DNA of 64,000 bases from positions 86,407 to 150,406 of the forward strand of contig JAUCBJ010008109.1 in assembly GCA_032718475.1 (NCBI GenBank), in the 5' to 3' direction. The translations under genes were made by a program, and so were the position numbers. Source of the DNA: Nemertoderma westbladi (Eukaryota > Animalia > Xenacoelomorpha). Positions 40,727-53,037 of this stretch are shown here, piece by piece. The number at the start of each line of letters is the position of its first letter. The stretch's first letter is position 1. The notes under the pieces are model-generated. The model ran no database searches. It had not been told where the DNA came from and was given only the letters and a program-made list of their open reading frames with translations.

Positions 40727-42448
40727 TTATACTGCTTTCTTGAGGATGGCGGCGGTAACCATTCCTCTAAGGATTTGTGATGAAGTCGTGACACCTCCTC
40801 TGTCTGAAACATACCTCAGAGGCTTGACTGTCTCTTCCGCAAGACGTGCGGTATGACGGAGATACATAACGCGATGCGAAGTTTGTAATAACTCAGGATT
40901 GGCAGCGACGAACTCATAACCAAGGTTGGAGTCTTTCTGAATTAAATCGATGAGGTTATAGGTTGTCAAATCACCGGGGTTCATACGGCGAAGGAAAGTG
41001 CGCTCGCATTGAACATTGGTGAGCTCCGAAACCGTCAACTGTAGTTGGTAGTCAGGAAGGTGGGATCGTTGCGCTTCAATCGCAAAGGCGTAGGGGTTGA
41101 AGGCAAAGACTCCGCAATATGAGCGGGAAGACTCAAAACGAAGGCACATGATTTGGTGTAAATCCGCGGAATGTTCCCACAATTTAAAATACTTTAGTAG
41201 GAATGTTTCATCATCCCGTTGTGTCAAGTCAAAGGGGCAGAAGCCCGGGTAGTGTCCCTTTAATAGACATTTATCGCTTTGTTCCGAAAATTGCAGGCAA
41301 TTAAAGAAAATATGATCTTTAAACAATCTACAATACGGACAATGAAGGGATAGGTCAGAACATTGGGAATGTGTCTGACAAATCTCACCGGTAGGTGGCG
41401 CTTTATGAGTATGGAAGCCACATTGGGTGCAGTGCTTCCGACCTTGGGATACGGCGGAACGAAAGGCAAATCTCATTAATGGCTGTGGTCCAAGGTGCCA
41501 CGGTATAATAAACTCGCCGTCATCGTCTAACTCAGAGGTGGGATAGACGGATTTGGATTCTAAAACGTTGTCTACCGCAGAGTCATTTAAATAGGAGGCT
41601 AACTGCTTATCCGATGTTTGGACAATCGAAACTGAATACCCAGACTTGAGGATGGGGCGCTCTAGAATAGTGGAATGGAGGTTTTTAATGCACACATCCT
41701 TGAATATGGCAAAACCCTTTCGGTTTAGGTCCTCAAAAGCGGACAAATGCTTATTTACCTGTCCCTTCAGAGCAGGGTCACGGAACTGGCTGTCGATGCC
41801 GAAGAAGGGGAACAAAAACCTTCGAAAACATTCAAAACTTTGGAATTTCCCTTCACGATTAACTTTAGAAAGCTGGGTGCTGAGAAGTAAGGGGTGAGAC
41901 CTCAGAGTCCTACTACAAGTATCAGCTAACCAACCTGATACAGCAGAGTTCTCAGAAATCATATAAATGGCGAGAGAAGGACGAAGAGGTACAGTAATGT
42001 TGGAATAAACAGCACCGGGGGCAGTCAAAGGACCATTGAAGTAATGATGGGAATAATTATCACCATATAGGTTTAAATAACGGTTATACCGACCTTCTTT
42101 GAAATCCCAACCGAGTTCATGGAATGAAATGTGTCTGATGCCAGTACGTTCAGCTCTACACATCCAGTTTCCTACGCGTTCGTAAATGACGCGGAAGAAG
42201 CCACGTTCCTGGGCCCATGGGAGGATCATTTGCGTGTCCGCAAAGGGATAATGGATGTCTAATAAGGAGTCAAAGTCCTTATACAAGTCGGGATATATCG
42301 CTGAACCGAGTTTACAGATCCTCTCGTTGAATAACAGGTCGGGAACGGGTTGGGGCAACATTGAAGGCTCGATGCCGAGCATATGGTGACGCTTGGTTTC
42401 AATAACGTATCGGTAGGACTTCTCGAGCTGTCCATGCCGAGGTAGCAT
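40727..42448 (-). CDS. 573-aa intronless ORF of unknown function with a CCHC zinc-knuckle-like cluster; retroelement-associated
   Basis: Uninterrupted ORF; CTQCGFHTH..C, CPYCRLFKDHIFFNC and KCLLKGHYPGFC motifs; visibly GC-richer than the flanks. Confidence 0.65.
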   Translation of the reverse strand: MLPRHGQLEKSYRYVIETKRHHMLGIEPSMLPQPVPDLLFNERICKLGSAIYPDLYKDFDSLLDIHYPFADTQMILPWAQERGFFRVIYERVGNWMCRAERTGIRHISFHELGWDFKEGRYNRYLNLYGDNYSHHYFNGPLTAPGAVYSNITVPLRPSLAIYMISENSAVSGWLADTCSRTLRSHPLLLSTQLSKVNREGKFQSFECFRRFLFPFFGIDSQFRDPALKGQVNKHLSAFEDLNRKGFAIFKDVCIKNLHSTILERPILKSGYSVSIVQTSDKQLASYLNDSAVDNVLESKSVYPTSELDDDGEFIIPWHLGPQPLMRFAFRSAVSQGRKHCTQCGFHTHKAPPTGEICQTHSQCSDLSLHCPYCRLFKDHIFFNCLQFSEQSDKCLLKGHYPGFCPFDLTQRDDETFLLKYFKLWEHSADLHQIMCLRFESSRSYCGVFAFNPYAFAIEAQRSHLPDYQLQLTVSELTNVQCERTFLRRMNPGDLTTYNLIDLIQKDSNLGYEFVAANPELLQTSHRVMYLRHTARLAEETVKPLRYVSDRGGVTTSSQILRGMVTAAILKKAV

Positions 42449-42544
42449 TTCCTGGAAGGACGGAGGTGTGAAGGATGCGTCGGCACTATGGGAGGTTCGC
42501 GTGAATACATGGCTGGCTCCGGTTAAACCACGGATAAGTATTAA

Positions 42545-43345
42545 TCAGGTAGTACCGAGTTCATCGTTCAATACGGAACCTTCGTTGACGTATAACATCA
42601 CGCCATACTGCTGGATAATCTCAAGAGTGTTGTTGAACTGAAGATACGCGACAGTTTTGTCCACTTCAACTGGTGTCCATAAGCTATCAAGGGATCCAAT
42701 GGAGCCTCGGGCGATAACTACCGATTTGTAGCTTTGGACATTCTCTACGACGGATTTTCCTTTCAATGTGGTAGAGAATTTATCTTCCCAGAACCGTACG
42801 TCGATGTTCCAGTGAATCAATCGGTCACTAATGAAATTAGCGAGATTCCGAGGGGGCGCGGGTTTCTCCCCAATAGTTTGTTTGTTAAAGCGTTTGCAAA
42901 AGGCATTCAGTTTGATTATGTGATCTAAGCGTTTCTGCAGGGGTTCGATTTCCGTGACGTCGAGGGGATTAACTAAGGGTAGAAAATCCATACTGCAGGA
43001 GGGATCCTCGGGTTTCATTACATAATGCTGACCGAGCAGAACAAAATCCGGATGGTCCTGAATTCCATAGAATGGTGGATGGAGAGGACGTCTTCTTTCT
43101 AGGTTTTTGTCCTGGATTAGCGACTTGATTTGGTAAGTTTGACCAAGGAGAGCGATAATCCACTCATCTGTTTCATCGAGAAGGGGCTCTACAATGTGGG
43201 TTTCCAACATTGGAGCGTCTGCGACTAGGTTGGGGTTAGAGATGTCAGTGTTGAAAGGTATCATTCGGGTTTGGCTGTAAGCGACACCGAAACGCTTTAC
43301 AGATCTGGATGGGTCAGCCTGCGCTTTACTTTGGAACCCTTCCAT
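42545..43345 (-). CDS. 266-aa intronless ORF of unknown function; retroelement-associated
   Basis: Uninterrupted ORF starting 18 nt after the stop of the RNase H-containing ORF. Confidence 0.55.
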   Translation of the reverse strand: MEGFQSKAQADPSRSVKRFGVAYSQTRMIPFNTDISNPNLVADAPMLETHIVEPLLDETDEWIIALLGQTYQIKSLIQDKNLERRRPLHPPFYGIQDHPDFVLLGQHYVMKPEDPSCSMDFLPLVNPLDVTEIEPLQKRLDHIIKLNAFCKRFNKQTIGEKPAPPRNLANFISDRLIHWNIDVRFWEDKFSTTLKGKSVVENVQSYKSVVIARGSIGSLDSLWTPVEVDKTVAYLQFNNTLEIIQQYGVMLYVNEGSVLNDELGTT

Positions 43346-43363
43346 AAGAGTCTGGACCGCGGG

Positions 43364-45560
43364 TTAGACCAAGGAAGCTAGCTCGCACTCGTCGTTTAAA
43401 CGTTCACGCTCTGTCCATTCCTCTTCTTCGCGAAGACGTTGGCTTTCTCTGAGAGCATCCGTGAGGGAGATAGCCTTTCCTCGTTCGATTTCCTCTTGTA
43501 GAAGGCGGACTTTGGATTCGAATTCCAGCACTCTCATCCGATGGATGACATCAAGCTTGCCGGAACGTTTAATAGGGTCATCTACGCCGATAGAGTTTCG
43601 AAGGGAGCTAAGGAACTCGGTAACCAAGTAGTTACGATTGACCGTGGAGGTCCCGGCGAAGGTGAGAGGGGAAGTCCACATGGAATCCTCGTGCTGCAGC
43701 AAACTTCCGCAACTGATACCGACCATGGAAGGTTGAAGAGGGATCGGCTCTTTCTCTTGGTAACGGGGAGCTATCTGTTCCTCCATGACGAGGTCTCGGA
43801 AATACATATACATGGCCTCGGAGAAGCGGGGGTCGGTCGGAGATAGCGTCATGGGTTTCACCATAGGCAACATCGGGCCGGGGGAAAACTCAGGGACGCG
43901 GATCATGGGTTTACGCACCCTCTGCAAGTTATGTAACCGTTTCTCATCGGCGTTAAATCGATTCTCCTCAAACCCACCGTATGTATACTTGACGTAGCTA
44001 TGGCGGGGGCATTGTTGACGGGGGTGATTCGCAGGTGTAGTGGAGACCTGTTGGTTGGGATGTGGGCATTGACCACACAAGTACCAGAGCCAGAAGTCAG
44101 TTTTGCTCGTGGGAGGAGACTTTACACCTGATTTACTGTACTGTCTCATTTCTGCGGGAGTAATATGAGCAGGCCATTGGTCCTCTGGTTGGGAAAGGAA
44201 ATCGGGTCCATTCAGCCAACACTTAGAGTTTATTAGGTCGTTGGGTGTTGCACCATGTGAAGGTATGTCCGCTGGGTTTTGAGGTCCGGGAATGTACCTC
44301 CATTGTTCTAATTTAGTGCGGTTGAGTATCATAGATACTCGGTTTGTGATGTACACACTAAAACCGCAGATGGTGTTAGTTAAATATTCCAGCACTATGG
44401 CTGCGTCTGTCCATAAAACTGTCCTTGAGATTATGAAGTCGGTCTCGTCCAGTATATTTTTGGTGATAATCGTCGCGAATAATGCGGCCTTTAGTTCGGC
44501 CCTTGGGACAGTCAAGTCCTTACTCTTAATCAAAGATTTGGACGCAACGAGGGACACCCGAGTGTCTTGGGGCGTTGTAGCCCCATAGTAAGCTATGATG
44601 CCAATGCCCTTGTCACTTTCTGTCGCCAAATACATGTAATTGGTACGTGTGTGATGGTAGAGCATTGGGGAAGTAAGCTCTGGGCACCCGAAAGTTATCG
44701 ATATCAGGTAAGGCATTTTCCCACCTGGACCAGTTAATTAATACATCTCCTGCCAGGGGTTCGTCCCATGTAAGATTCTGGTCCCACATGGTTTTTACTA
44801 TCTGCCTAGCTTCCAGAATTACAGGACTTATAAAACCTATAGGGTCGAACAGTGTACTTAATATGCTAAGACAAATACGCTTACTACGTACACCACACCT
44901 GGAGGCCTAATCTGGTCCTTAAAAAACATTTCGTCCAGTTGCGTATCCCATCCCTTTGCAATGGACACGGCTTCTTTTACGGTCGGGACTGAATGTAGGT
45001 TGTTGTCCATATAGATATTACGTTTAATATTGTTAATGGCTTCAGACTCATATAGGTGTTTGTTATCGTCTGCCATGTGGGACACAATATGGCAGGCGTT
45101 GGAAGGGCTGGATATTAGCCCGAAGGCTTGTATGGGCATCCAGTACTCTTTGGGTGGTTTAGTGACATCTCCTCCAGGCCACCAGAGGAAACGTAAACTA
45201 TCCTGATCCTCCTGAGTGACTTTAACCTGCAGGAACATACCTTCGATATCTGAGGCAAAGGCGACATCGAATTGCCGTAATCGAATTAATATCCCTGGAA
45301 GTGGACGCAATAAGTTAAGGCTGGCCATCAGTTGAGAGTTTAACGATTGTCCTTTATACAAGGCTGATCCGTCGAAAACTACTCTGACTTTGTATGGTTT
45401 ATCGGGCCGTTTTACGTAATGATGAGTATGTAATAAGTGCGATTGGTGTGGGGAGTATCAGGTGGCACCTCTGTAGCGTACCCTTCATTAATAGTCTTAG
45501 TCATTTGTTCGTTGTACATCCTGTGGGCATTATGATCGCAAATCATATAACTTAGTAATG
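43364..45560 (-). mobile_element. BEL/Pao LTR-retrotransposon pol relic (disrupted RT; Pao RNase H fused to an unrecognised C-terminal region)
   Basis: KVRVVFDGSA, SLNSQL, DIEGMFLQV, LRFLW, FGLISSP and IYMDN (RT); ASKS, TVPRAELKAA, WTDA, NRV, WRYIPGPQNPAD and WLNGPDFL (Pao RNase H); frameshifts and stops between blocks. Confidence 0.9.
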
Positions 45561-46614
45561 GGGCCCATGATGAAGATAAGTGTGCAGAGTATTCCATGTC
45601 GTCGTTATTGTTAGGTGTGTGACCCTTGTTAGCTCGTATGTGAATAGTTTCGCGTGTGGACAGTTCGGTTGGACGTATATGCGCGTCTAGTACCGACACG
45701 TTACATTCGTAGAATAAGTGGCATAAGTGGTCGATGAAGTGTTGTGTTAGTCCACAATGTTTATAGTAATTATATAAAACCGCGTTATAGTGTTCGTTGT
45801 AGCGTTTTGCAAGTTTTCGTTTAAGTAATGTAATTACTGTATCTGATTATGGTCAATCAATACAGGCATTACAGTATATTTTATATATTGCACGCATGAG
45901 TTTAAATATGTTATTAATTGGAATGGAATAAATGGTACAAATGGGTAAGTACTGTCAGTTGGTTTGGGTGATAATACTCTCACCCTAGACTGCTAGAGGT
46001 ACCCCCCCACCCACCTACGTACCCCCGCCCCCCACCCCCCCCCCCCCCCCCCTACAGGTAACCCCCCCCCCCCCTCCCTACTGCCTAGTACCCTATAGCT
46101 ACGCCTCTGAATTTGTAGTAGGCCTATAACTGTATAATTTTTTCCAGCTGCAGGACTTGTCACTTGTAGGCCTACAATACAGCAATAGGCTGATAGGTGT
46201 ACAGCTGCTTAAATTTTGGCACAAATCCTGTTTCACGTGCGTCAGGTTACTTTCTGATTGTCAGTACAACAGTACCGCAGTACCGGTACCCTGTTACGTT
46301 AGCCTATCTGTTAAGTGTTACCGGTAAAGTGAACAACTGTACATTGGTACAACCAGACAACAGGTAGACCATAGACAGGACGTCTCCTTATCTCAATCAG
46401 TTAATTAACGCCGTACTGCCATACCATAACGGTACAAAGTTAGGTAACCAGGTAACCATTCTGGTTGCAGCATTACTGCATTAGGTCTGTAGGTACTCTA
46501 CTCATTCCTACAGACCGACAGAGACTGAGCTGAACGACAGAGGTCGGGAAGACTATCAGTACTGCAGTATTCAGTAGGCCTATCAGACTATACAGCTATA
46601 ACTGGAGAAGGACG

Positions 46615-46671
46615 ATGGCTGAAGACGACACGTTTCTTAAGCTTCCTATAGACGAACGATGCATTCATAAG
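46615..46671 (+). CDS. CKAP5: CKAP5/XMAP215/ch-TOG, first coding exon
   Basis: MAEDDTFLKLPIDERCIHK followed by GTAAGT; matches the CKAP5 N-terminus (MGDDSEWLKLPVDQKCEHK). Confidence 0.92.
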
Positions 46672-47256
46672 GTAAGTTATTGTTTACCATTCAGCCATTC
46701 CTGTCACCTATAGCTGTTGCTTGACCGTCGCTTAGTGCTTTGTGCTTATCGTACCTAGGTTAGAATGTATTCATTTCGGTTGGTACTGCTGTACTGTACC
46801 GCATCGCTGTAGGACTATATCAGTTTATATGTTGTTATGTTAACTGGCTGACTGGTTAGCGATTCCGGTAGGACTACCGGTACCTAAATAACTTCTCCAC
46901 GTGTGGCCCTCCATCACCAGCATCCATAACATACTGACATATTTCTACTCCAGCTCCAGTAACTGTTAACTTCAATTTACATCTCCCCGGCGCCCGGCTG
47001 CACCCCGAGATGTAGCATTAGGGCATTAATTCTATTTTATTTGAAATAAATTTCATATGTCCAATTTTTGACAATGGGTGTAATAATAATAATAATAATA
47101 AAGTAGTGGGTTCGAGCCCCGTAAGGGCACCAGTGGAGTTTCGTGACAGTTTTAATTACTGAATTAGGTTTAGTTTGTAACGATAGCTGTAACTAGCAGA
47201 CTAGCACAGTAGCATAGGCCTATTCTTATAATAAATCACCGGTATATTTGTTCTAG

Positions 47257-47401
47257 AACTGGAAGGCGCGAGTTAGCGGCTACGAAGATGCGCAGAAGTT
47301 ATTTAGTCGTCTCGATAACAAAAAGGATCCGGAGTTCTCGAAGTTCGCCGGAATCTTAGGGAAGTTCTTGGTAGACAACAACGCGATAGCTCAGGAAAAG
47401 G
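47257..47401 (+). CDS. CKAP5: CKAP5 coding exon 2 (TOG1)
   Basis: TAG acceptor and GTATGA donor; NWKARVSGYEDAQKLF...FLVDNNAIAQEKG. Confidence 0.94.
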
Positions 47402-47526
47402 GTATGACGTCATCTTAGTTCCGTCTGTTAATAGGCCAGTAACTGAGTGCATGCAACAGCTAGGTCACAGTTTGTTTATGTCAACCCAGTCACAACCAAA
47501 TATATCTATTTACGATATTCTAACAG

Positions 47527-47693
47527 GTATAGAGACGGTCCGTTGTTACCTAGACAACGCTGGTCTCGCTCCCAAGACAGTCGGTGACGTCATGCCGACG
47601 TTAGTAAACAAATGTTTGAGCGTGAGTCGCCAACGGACCAGGGAGGTTGCCATAGAGATATGTATGACGTACATAGAGCTGGAGAAACAAGAG
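47527..47693 (+). CDS. CKAP5: CKAP5 coding exon 3 (TOG1)
   Basis: CAG acceptor and GTCAGT donor; IETVRCYLDNA...IEICMTYIELEKQE; phases agree with neighbouring exons. Confidence 0.94.
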
Positions 47694-48216
47694 GTCAGTG
47701 TCTAACTGTGACGTCAGAAAGCATTTGGAATTTAAATAATTTTATATTTTCACAATAAGTATTTATAAATATTAGATTATAAGTACCGGTACACGTATTT
47801 AGATCAATCTAGAGTTGTAAAACATACAAATGCTACTAAAATGTTTAGTAAGCATTTATTAGAAACGACATATTCAGCGTTTAAACTGCAAATACTTGCC
47901 AAGGATTTTTTATTTATTTAAAAGTTTGTTATCGGTGTTTATTGTAGTAAAACATAGAAATACTTGCAAAATACTCTGTACTACCGTAAATATTGGAATA
48001 CAGATCGCGGGGCCTATAGGAACAAATTAGATACATAATTACAAACCTACACCAAGAGGTTACCTAACTTCATGACTCGCCCCATCCGTGTTTACTAATT
48101 TCATCCAATCGAATCGTTGGCTGTTTGGAACCAGAGAAAAATATACAAATAGTTTATAAAACATACAAAATTTCCTAAATTACAGTATATCCGTACACTG
48201 ACGAAGCTCTGATCTC

Positions 48217-49374
48217 CAGGCCACATTATTTTTGACTATTTTGTCAAAATCGTCAAAACTAGCAAATTTAAAATTGGAAAAATCTCAAAAATAACAGATT
48301 CCTTTTTTGTTGAATTTAAAGGTTTTGTGGCAGTGTTACCGGTGGTGGTCTGGTAGGCTACTAAGGTTGTCCCCATACTATGATACTGTCTGGTAGCCGG
48401 TAGGCTACTAAGGTTGTCCCCATACTATGATACTGTCTGGTAGCCGGTAGGCTACTAAGGTTGTCCCCATACTATGATACTGTCTGGTAGCCGGTAGGCT
48501 ACTAAGGTTGTCCCCATACTATGATACTGTCTGGTAGCCGGTAGGCTACTAAGGTTGTCCCCATACTATGATACTGTCTGGTAGCCGGTAGGCTACTAAG
48601 GTTGTCCCCATACTATGATACTGTCTGGTAGCCGGTAGGCTACTAAGGTTGTCCCCATACTATGATACTGTCTGGTAGCCGGTAGGCTACTAAGGTTGTC
48701 CCCATACTATGATACTGTCTGGTAGCCGGTAGGCTACTAAGGTTGTCCCCATACTATGATACTGTCTGGTAGCCGGTAGGCTACTAAGGTTGTCCCCATA
48801 CTATGATACTGTCTGGTAGCCGGTAGGCTACTAAGGTTGTCCCCATACTATGATACTGTCTGGTAGCCGGTAGGCTACTAAGGTTGTCCCCATACTATGA
48901 TACTGCTAGATGTCAGTGAGTTAGTCTAAAGTGAAAGTGATTTACTTATAGAAATAACTACTGTACTGCAGTTCTTGTAAGATAAGATAAGATTGTTAAT
49001 TTATTAACATTACTTTAGCATGTCCGAAAAATGACACCAAAGGCAAAGGCAGTACAAAAGAGAGTACTGATAGTTACTTTAATAAGTGTCAGTCAAAGGC
49101 TATCCAAGACAACCTGTAGACCTAATTAATTAGATAAAATACTATAGGACTACATACAGTATGTAACAAACAAGTTTCAATAGTTTGTAAAACACTGTAC
49201 TAAGTGTCGGTTTTACTCAAAAAAAAAAAAAACATGTTTCAATATTTACAATAATACATATCATTACATGATGATCTAGACAATATCGCAAAAATAACAA
49301 AAATAAAATGAAAAATATCTCAAAAATAGCTTATTTTTGATAAATTTGAGATTTCTCAAAAATAATGAGGCCTG
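48217..49374. mobile_element. Non-autonomous hAT-type element (MITE)
   Basis: TIRs CAGGCCACATTATTTTTGA and TCAAAAATAATGAGGCCTG; 8-bp flanks CTGATCTC and CAGATCTC (7/8 identical). Confidence 0.75.
48349..48905. repeat. 47-bp tandem repeat (about 12 near-identical copies) inside the MITE
   Basis: Unit GTCTGGTAGCCGGTAGGCTACTAAGGTTGTCCCCATACTATGATACT. Confidence 0.98.
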
Positions 49375-49979
49375 CAGATCTCTATTAAACATTTTAGCCA
49401 ATGAAATTTAGATGTTTGGCGCCACAGTTAGTTATAATTTATAAATAACAAAATCTACTAAGTAAACGTGGAAAATTTACAAAACTTTATAAATAAAAAT
49501 ATATAATAAATAAATAACATAAAGCAACAAAGAAACCGCCAGGAAGGTTTTTATATGTTTATATAAATTAGCATTTGTTAAATAACTAAAGCCTCGGGTA
49601 TTATAACTGCTCCTTGGGTAAAACAACCGGGGAAACAACAAAACAACCGGGTAATGAGTGAGTTGTTACCCAATCTTTAATATTACCGTAGATTAGCTAA
49701 CAATTCTAAAAGGGCTTTGTTTGGGGGAGAGGATAAAATAAATGGGGCATGGAATTTTTGGGGGTTATAAAGTTTAAACAAACAATGTTGTTCGTTTTTC
49801 CTGAATGAAAACTGACAAAATTGTAAAATGGGTGTTAGTGAAATATTTCGAAAAATGAGAACTATAAAAATAAATATTCTAAGTAAGTTACTAGCTTACT
49901 TAGTGACTTTCTAAACCATATCACACATCACACACTATTTTTGTCATTTGGCTAAAAGATACGCCCGCCCCTCCCTGGT

Positions 49980-50114
49980 GGGTCGGGTCGGGTCGGGTCG
50001 GGTCGGGTCGGGTCGGGTCGGGTCGGGTCGGGTCGGGTCGGGTCGGGTCGGGTCGGGTCGGGTCGGGTCGGGTCGGGTCGGGTCGGGTCGGGTCGGGTCG
50101 GGTCGGGTCGGGTC
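49980..50114. repeat. (GGGTC)n microsatellite, about 27 copies
   Basis: Perfect pentanucleotide run. Confidence 0.99.
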
Positions 50115-50755
50115 CCCGATGTAACCCAGAAGTGTGCATTATATACGGGGATGCGTTTTACAATGTTAGCGCTGAATGGGAACCGCATTAGTTGGGAATG
50201 ATAGACCTTGTGCTTGTGCTCGCACACGCACACTATGGAATATTGTTCAATTTTCTTCAACGTGTAGTGCACTCCCAATTATTGTTAAAAAACGTTCCGA
50301 ATTTGAACAAACAAAAATATTCAATCAATTTATTTACTAACAAACGCTTACATCAAAAGTTAATATTTTCTTACATATAATCAAATCAAACAATTCCTTC
50401 ACAACATACTGAACTGCTAGCTAGTGTGCCAACTAGCTATATTAGGCCTACCCTATAATAATTTATAAGCATTAGTACAGTTACGATATTATTTATTTGT
50501 ATCACTCGTAATATCATATCATATTAATCAAGAAGATCCGTTACATTAATTTTCCACATTTGACTTATTCATATGAATATGAATCGGACCAGATATATAA
50601 TGGCATCTTTGAAAGCTGACTGGAAAGTCTGACTAGCAGTAATCGAGCTAGCTTTCATTCATAACAGAAGTTACAGAACTCGAAACAATGACAGGTACTA
50701 TCGGCTCCAACGTTCTGGTTCTGGTTCATCGATGAATGCTTTCTTGTGTGGCGCT

Positions 50756-52082
50756 TCATCTACTTCCAGCAAAACACTGACTAACAGCCTGGCTCATGCG
50801 TTGGCGATTCTGCGGCGATGGACGGATATAGGTAGTGGTAGTTGATAGAATTTTGTGACCTAATTGCAATTGAGCGTAATTTGCAGGCATACCCTGGTCG
50901 AGTATTGCTTGAGCTGCAGTCTTTCTGCAGCTCATGGGAGTAATTTTGCGGGCCCCATCTTCATTGATGCCAGATTTCGTAATCATTGACTTCAAAATGT
51001 TCCCAAATGAATCCCTCCCAATTGGTTGGTTACAAATCCAACTCGTTGAACAATCAGGTAGACCAGGACGAGCCCAGTATGGATCATCTGGTTTAGATGT
51101 TTGACCTAGAGGGTATCTTCTAGCCATATATGTTTCATGTAAATTTACAAGATAATCAGGATACGCGTAAGCTCGAGGTTTAAGTTGCCGTGGGGTTGTG
51201 TCCCCTCGTCTCGTTTTAGTTACCCGTTCTGTCAGCTCTAAAAAGAACTTTTTTTCCACGGAGCAGTATTTCTTTGTGACATCGGATACAAGCATACTTC
51301 GCGCATTTCTGTGCCCGGACGACATCCAAACTGGGTGGTAAGCGACAGATATAGAGTATGACGTAACTTGGTAGGTGTATCTGTTCCTAGCGTCCCAGAA
51401 TCTTTCATACGCTGGAAATCAGTTGGATTCAAAGGATCACTCGCATTCACCAGGTTTTCCTTTCCTGCTGCTTTACATTGCATAATACGGCAAGTAAAAA
51501 TTTCTTTCGTGCGGGAAAAATATGTTGATTCCAAAACATATCCAAAACCTATATCTTTGAAATGACGAATAAGCCCATAAAAGTAACTGCGAAGAGTTGT
51601 CGGCTCTAGTTTGTCTCCATTCCTTTTCTTATAGCGTTTGAGGAATGAATTAGTATTTTCAGCTCATTGACTTATGGTCATATCTCCAATATAGGCGTGT
51701 GAACGCCTATTAGAAACAAAAAGTTAGCAAAGGCTGAAATTGCCTGTTTGGTCGCATCTGCGTTGTGTACATTTCTGTTTCTAAAAATGAAATCATTAAA
51801 ATCAACACTTGCATCTTCCTGAGAAAGTCTTAAATCCTCATTGGTATCCCTAGCCTTGGCAACGGAAGGATGGTTATGGTAATTATCACTGGTACTAGTT
51901 TTATTAGTAAGATTATTGGGCTCAGAAACCATCACATCTTCTGCAACAAGCCCGTTCCCACCCTCAGTAGCAGCGAAATAATCCACTTCCTCCTCAAAAT
52001 CGCTCCAAGAGACCAAATTCCCAAACCCACCTGACGAAATTTGAAGAAGCTCACGTGGAATTTCATTTTTCGAATCCATCAT
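50756..52082 (-). mobile_element. Crypton-like (DUF3504-type) tyrosine recombinase, frameshifted, in CKAP5 intron 3
   Basis: RKRNGDKLEPTTLRSY, FGCRPGTEMR (catalytic Arg box), PMSCRKT (HxxR position), LGH...Y, spread over three frames; 15-bp inverted repeat at 49661-49675 and 52675-52689 brackets it. Confidence 0.8.
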
Positions 52083-52872
52083 ACTATACTACGCCTACAG
52101 TAGCGATATGCCAATATTATTCTGCTAACCGCAGTTATCTTCTACAGTAGATCTACGTATCTACCGGTATCTATCGCAGCCATGTTACTCATATACACAC
52201 ATATGTCTATGGTAGGTAGGCCTATTTTATAGTCCAACTTACTGTACCTCTCGGCAGTAGCTCTAAGCCAAAGCATGTTGCTGCTTCTGTATCATATTAA
52301 ATATATAGGCCTACCTAACGTATCGTATCAGTATTCAGTACCCGTGCGTACCCGTACCGTCAGAACTTTCCGCGGCCAGTAGTCATATATTATATAACTA
52401 GTCATATATAGTAGGTAGGGCGTAGGCTTACCATTACTGAATATGGAATGACCGAACTGAAACTATATGAATATGCATACCGGTACACTACATAGTGTAG
52501 GCTACCTACCAATGTAGTAATAATACTGTATTGTTATCAACGAGTCTGTCAGTACCAGTACAAGAACACTCCCCAGTAAAACAACTCTGTTTTTTTACTG
52601 CCAGTAAAACAAATCGTGTTGTTTCTGATATTTTCCATTGAAATACATTATGGGCCAGTAAATAAAAGCGGTGTGATTGGGTAACAACTAACAACAGGTG
52701 TTATGTGACACGGGCCAAAGTAAGCTTACAGGCGGACTGAATATAACCAAAACAATAAGCTAGTTAATAAGCAAGTTACAGCGGCGTTATGGATGGAGCC
52801 GGTTAGTTATTACAAATACAATAATATTCTAGTAATATTATTTATGTACTGTATGAGTTGATTTCCTCCTAG

Positions 52873-53037
52873 ATTGTCTTAGAAGAACTTATGAAAGGTC
52901 TGAATCACAAACAACCCAAAGTGGTTGCTTCGTGTTGTCAGGTTCTACGGGAGGCCTTCGGCTCGTTCGGGTCCAAAGTTGTGTCGGCTAAATCCATAAT
53001 GAAAGCAATCCCTCCTGTTTATAGTCACAGAGATAAG
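52873..53037 (+). CDS. CKAP5: CKAP5 coding exon 4 (TOG1)
   Basis: TAG acceptor and GTAAGT donor, 165 nt; IVLEELMKGLNHKQPKVVASC...FGSKVVSAKSIMKAIPPVYSHRDK. Confidence 0.94.

Noticed and set aside
47100-47170. tRNA-like GGTTCGAGCCC motif (similar one at about 16885)
   Set aside because: B-box only, no cloverleaf; probably SINE fragments, too short to call.
49921-50278. (PDPTR)n ORFs
   Set aside because: Translation of the (GGGTC)n microsatellite.
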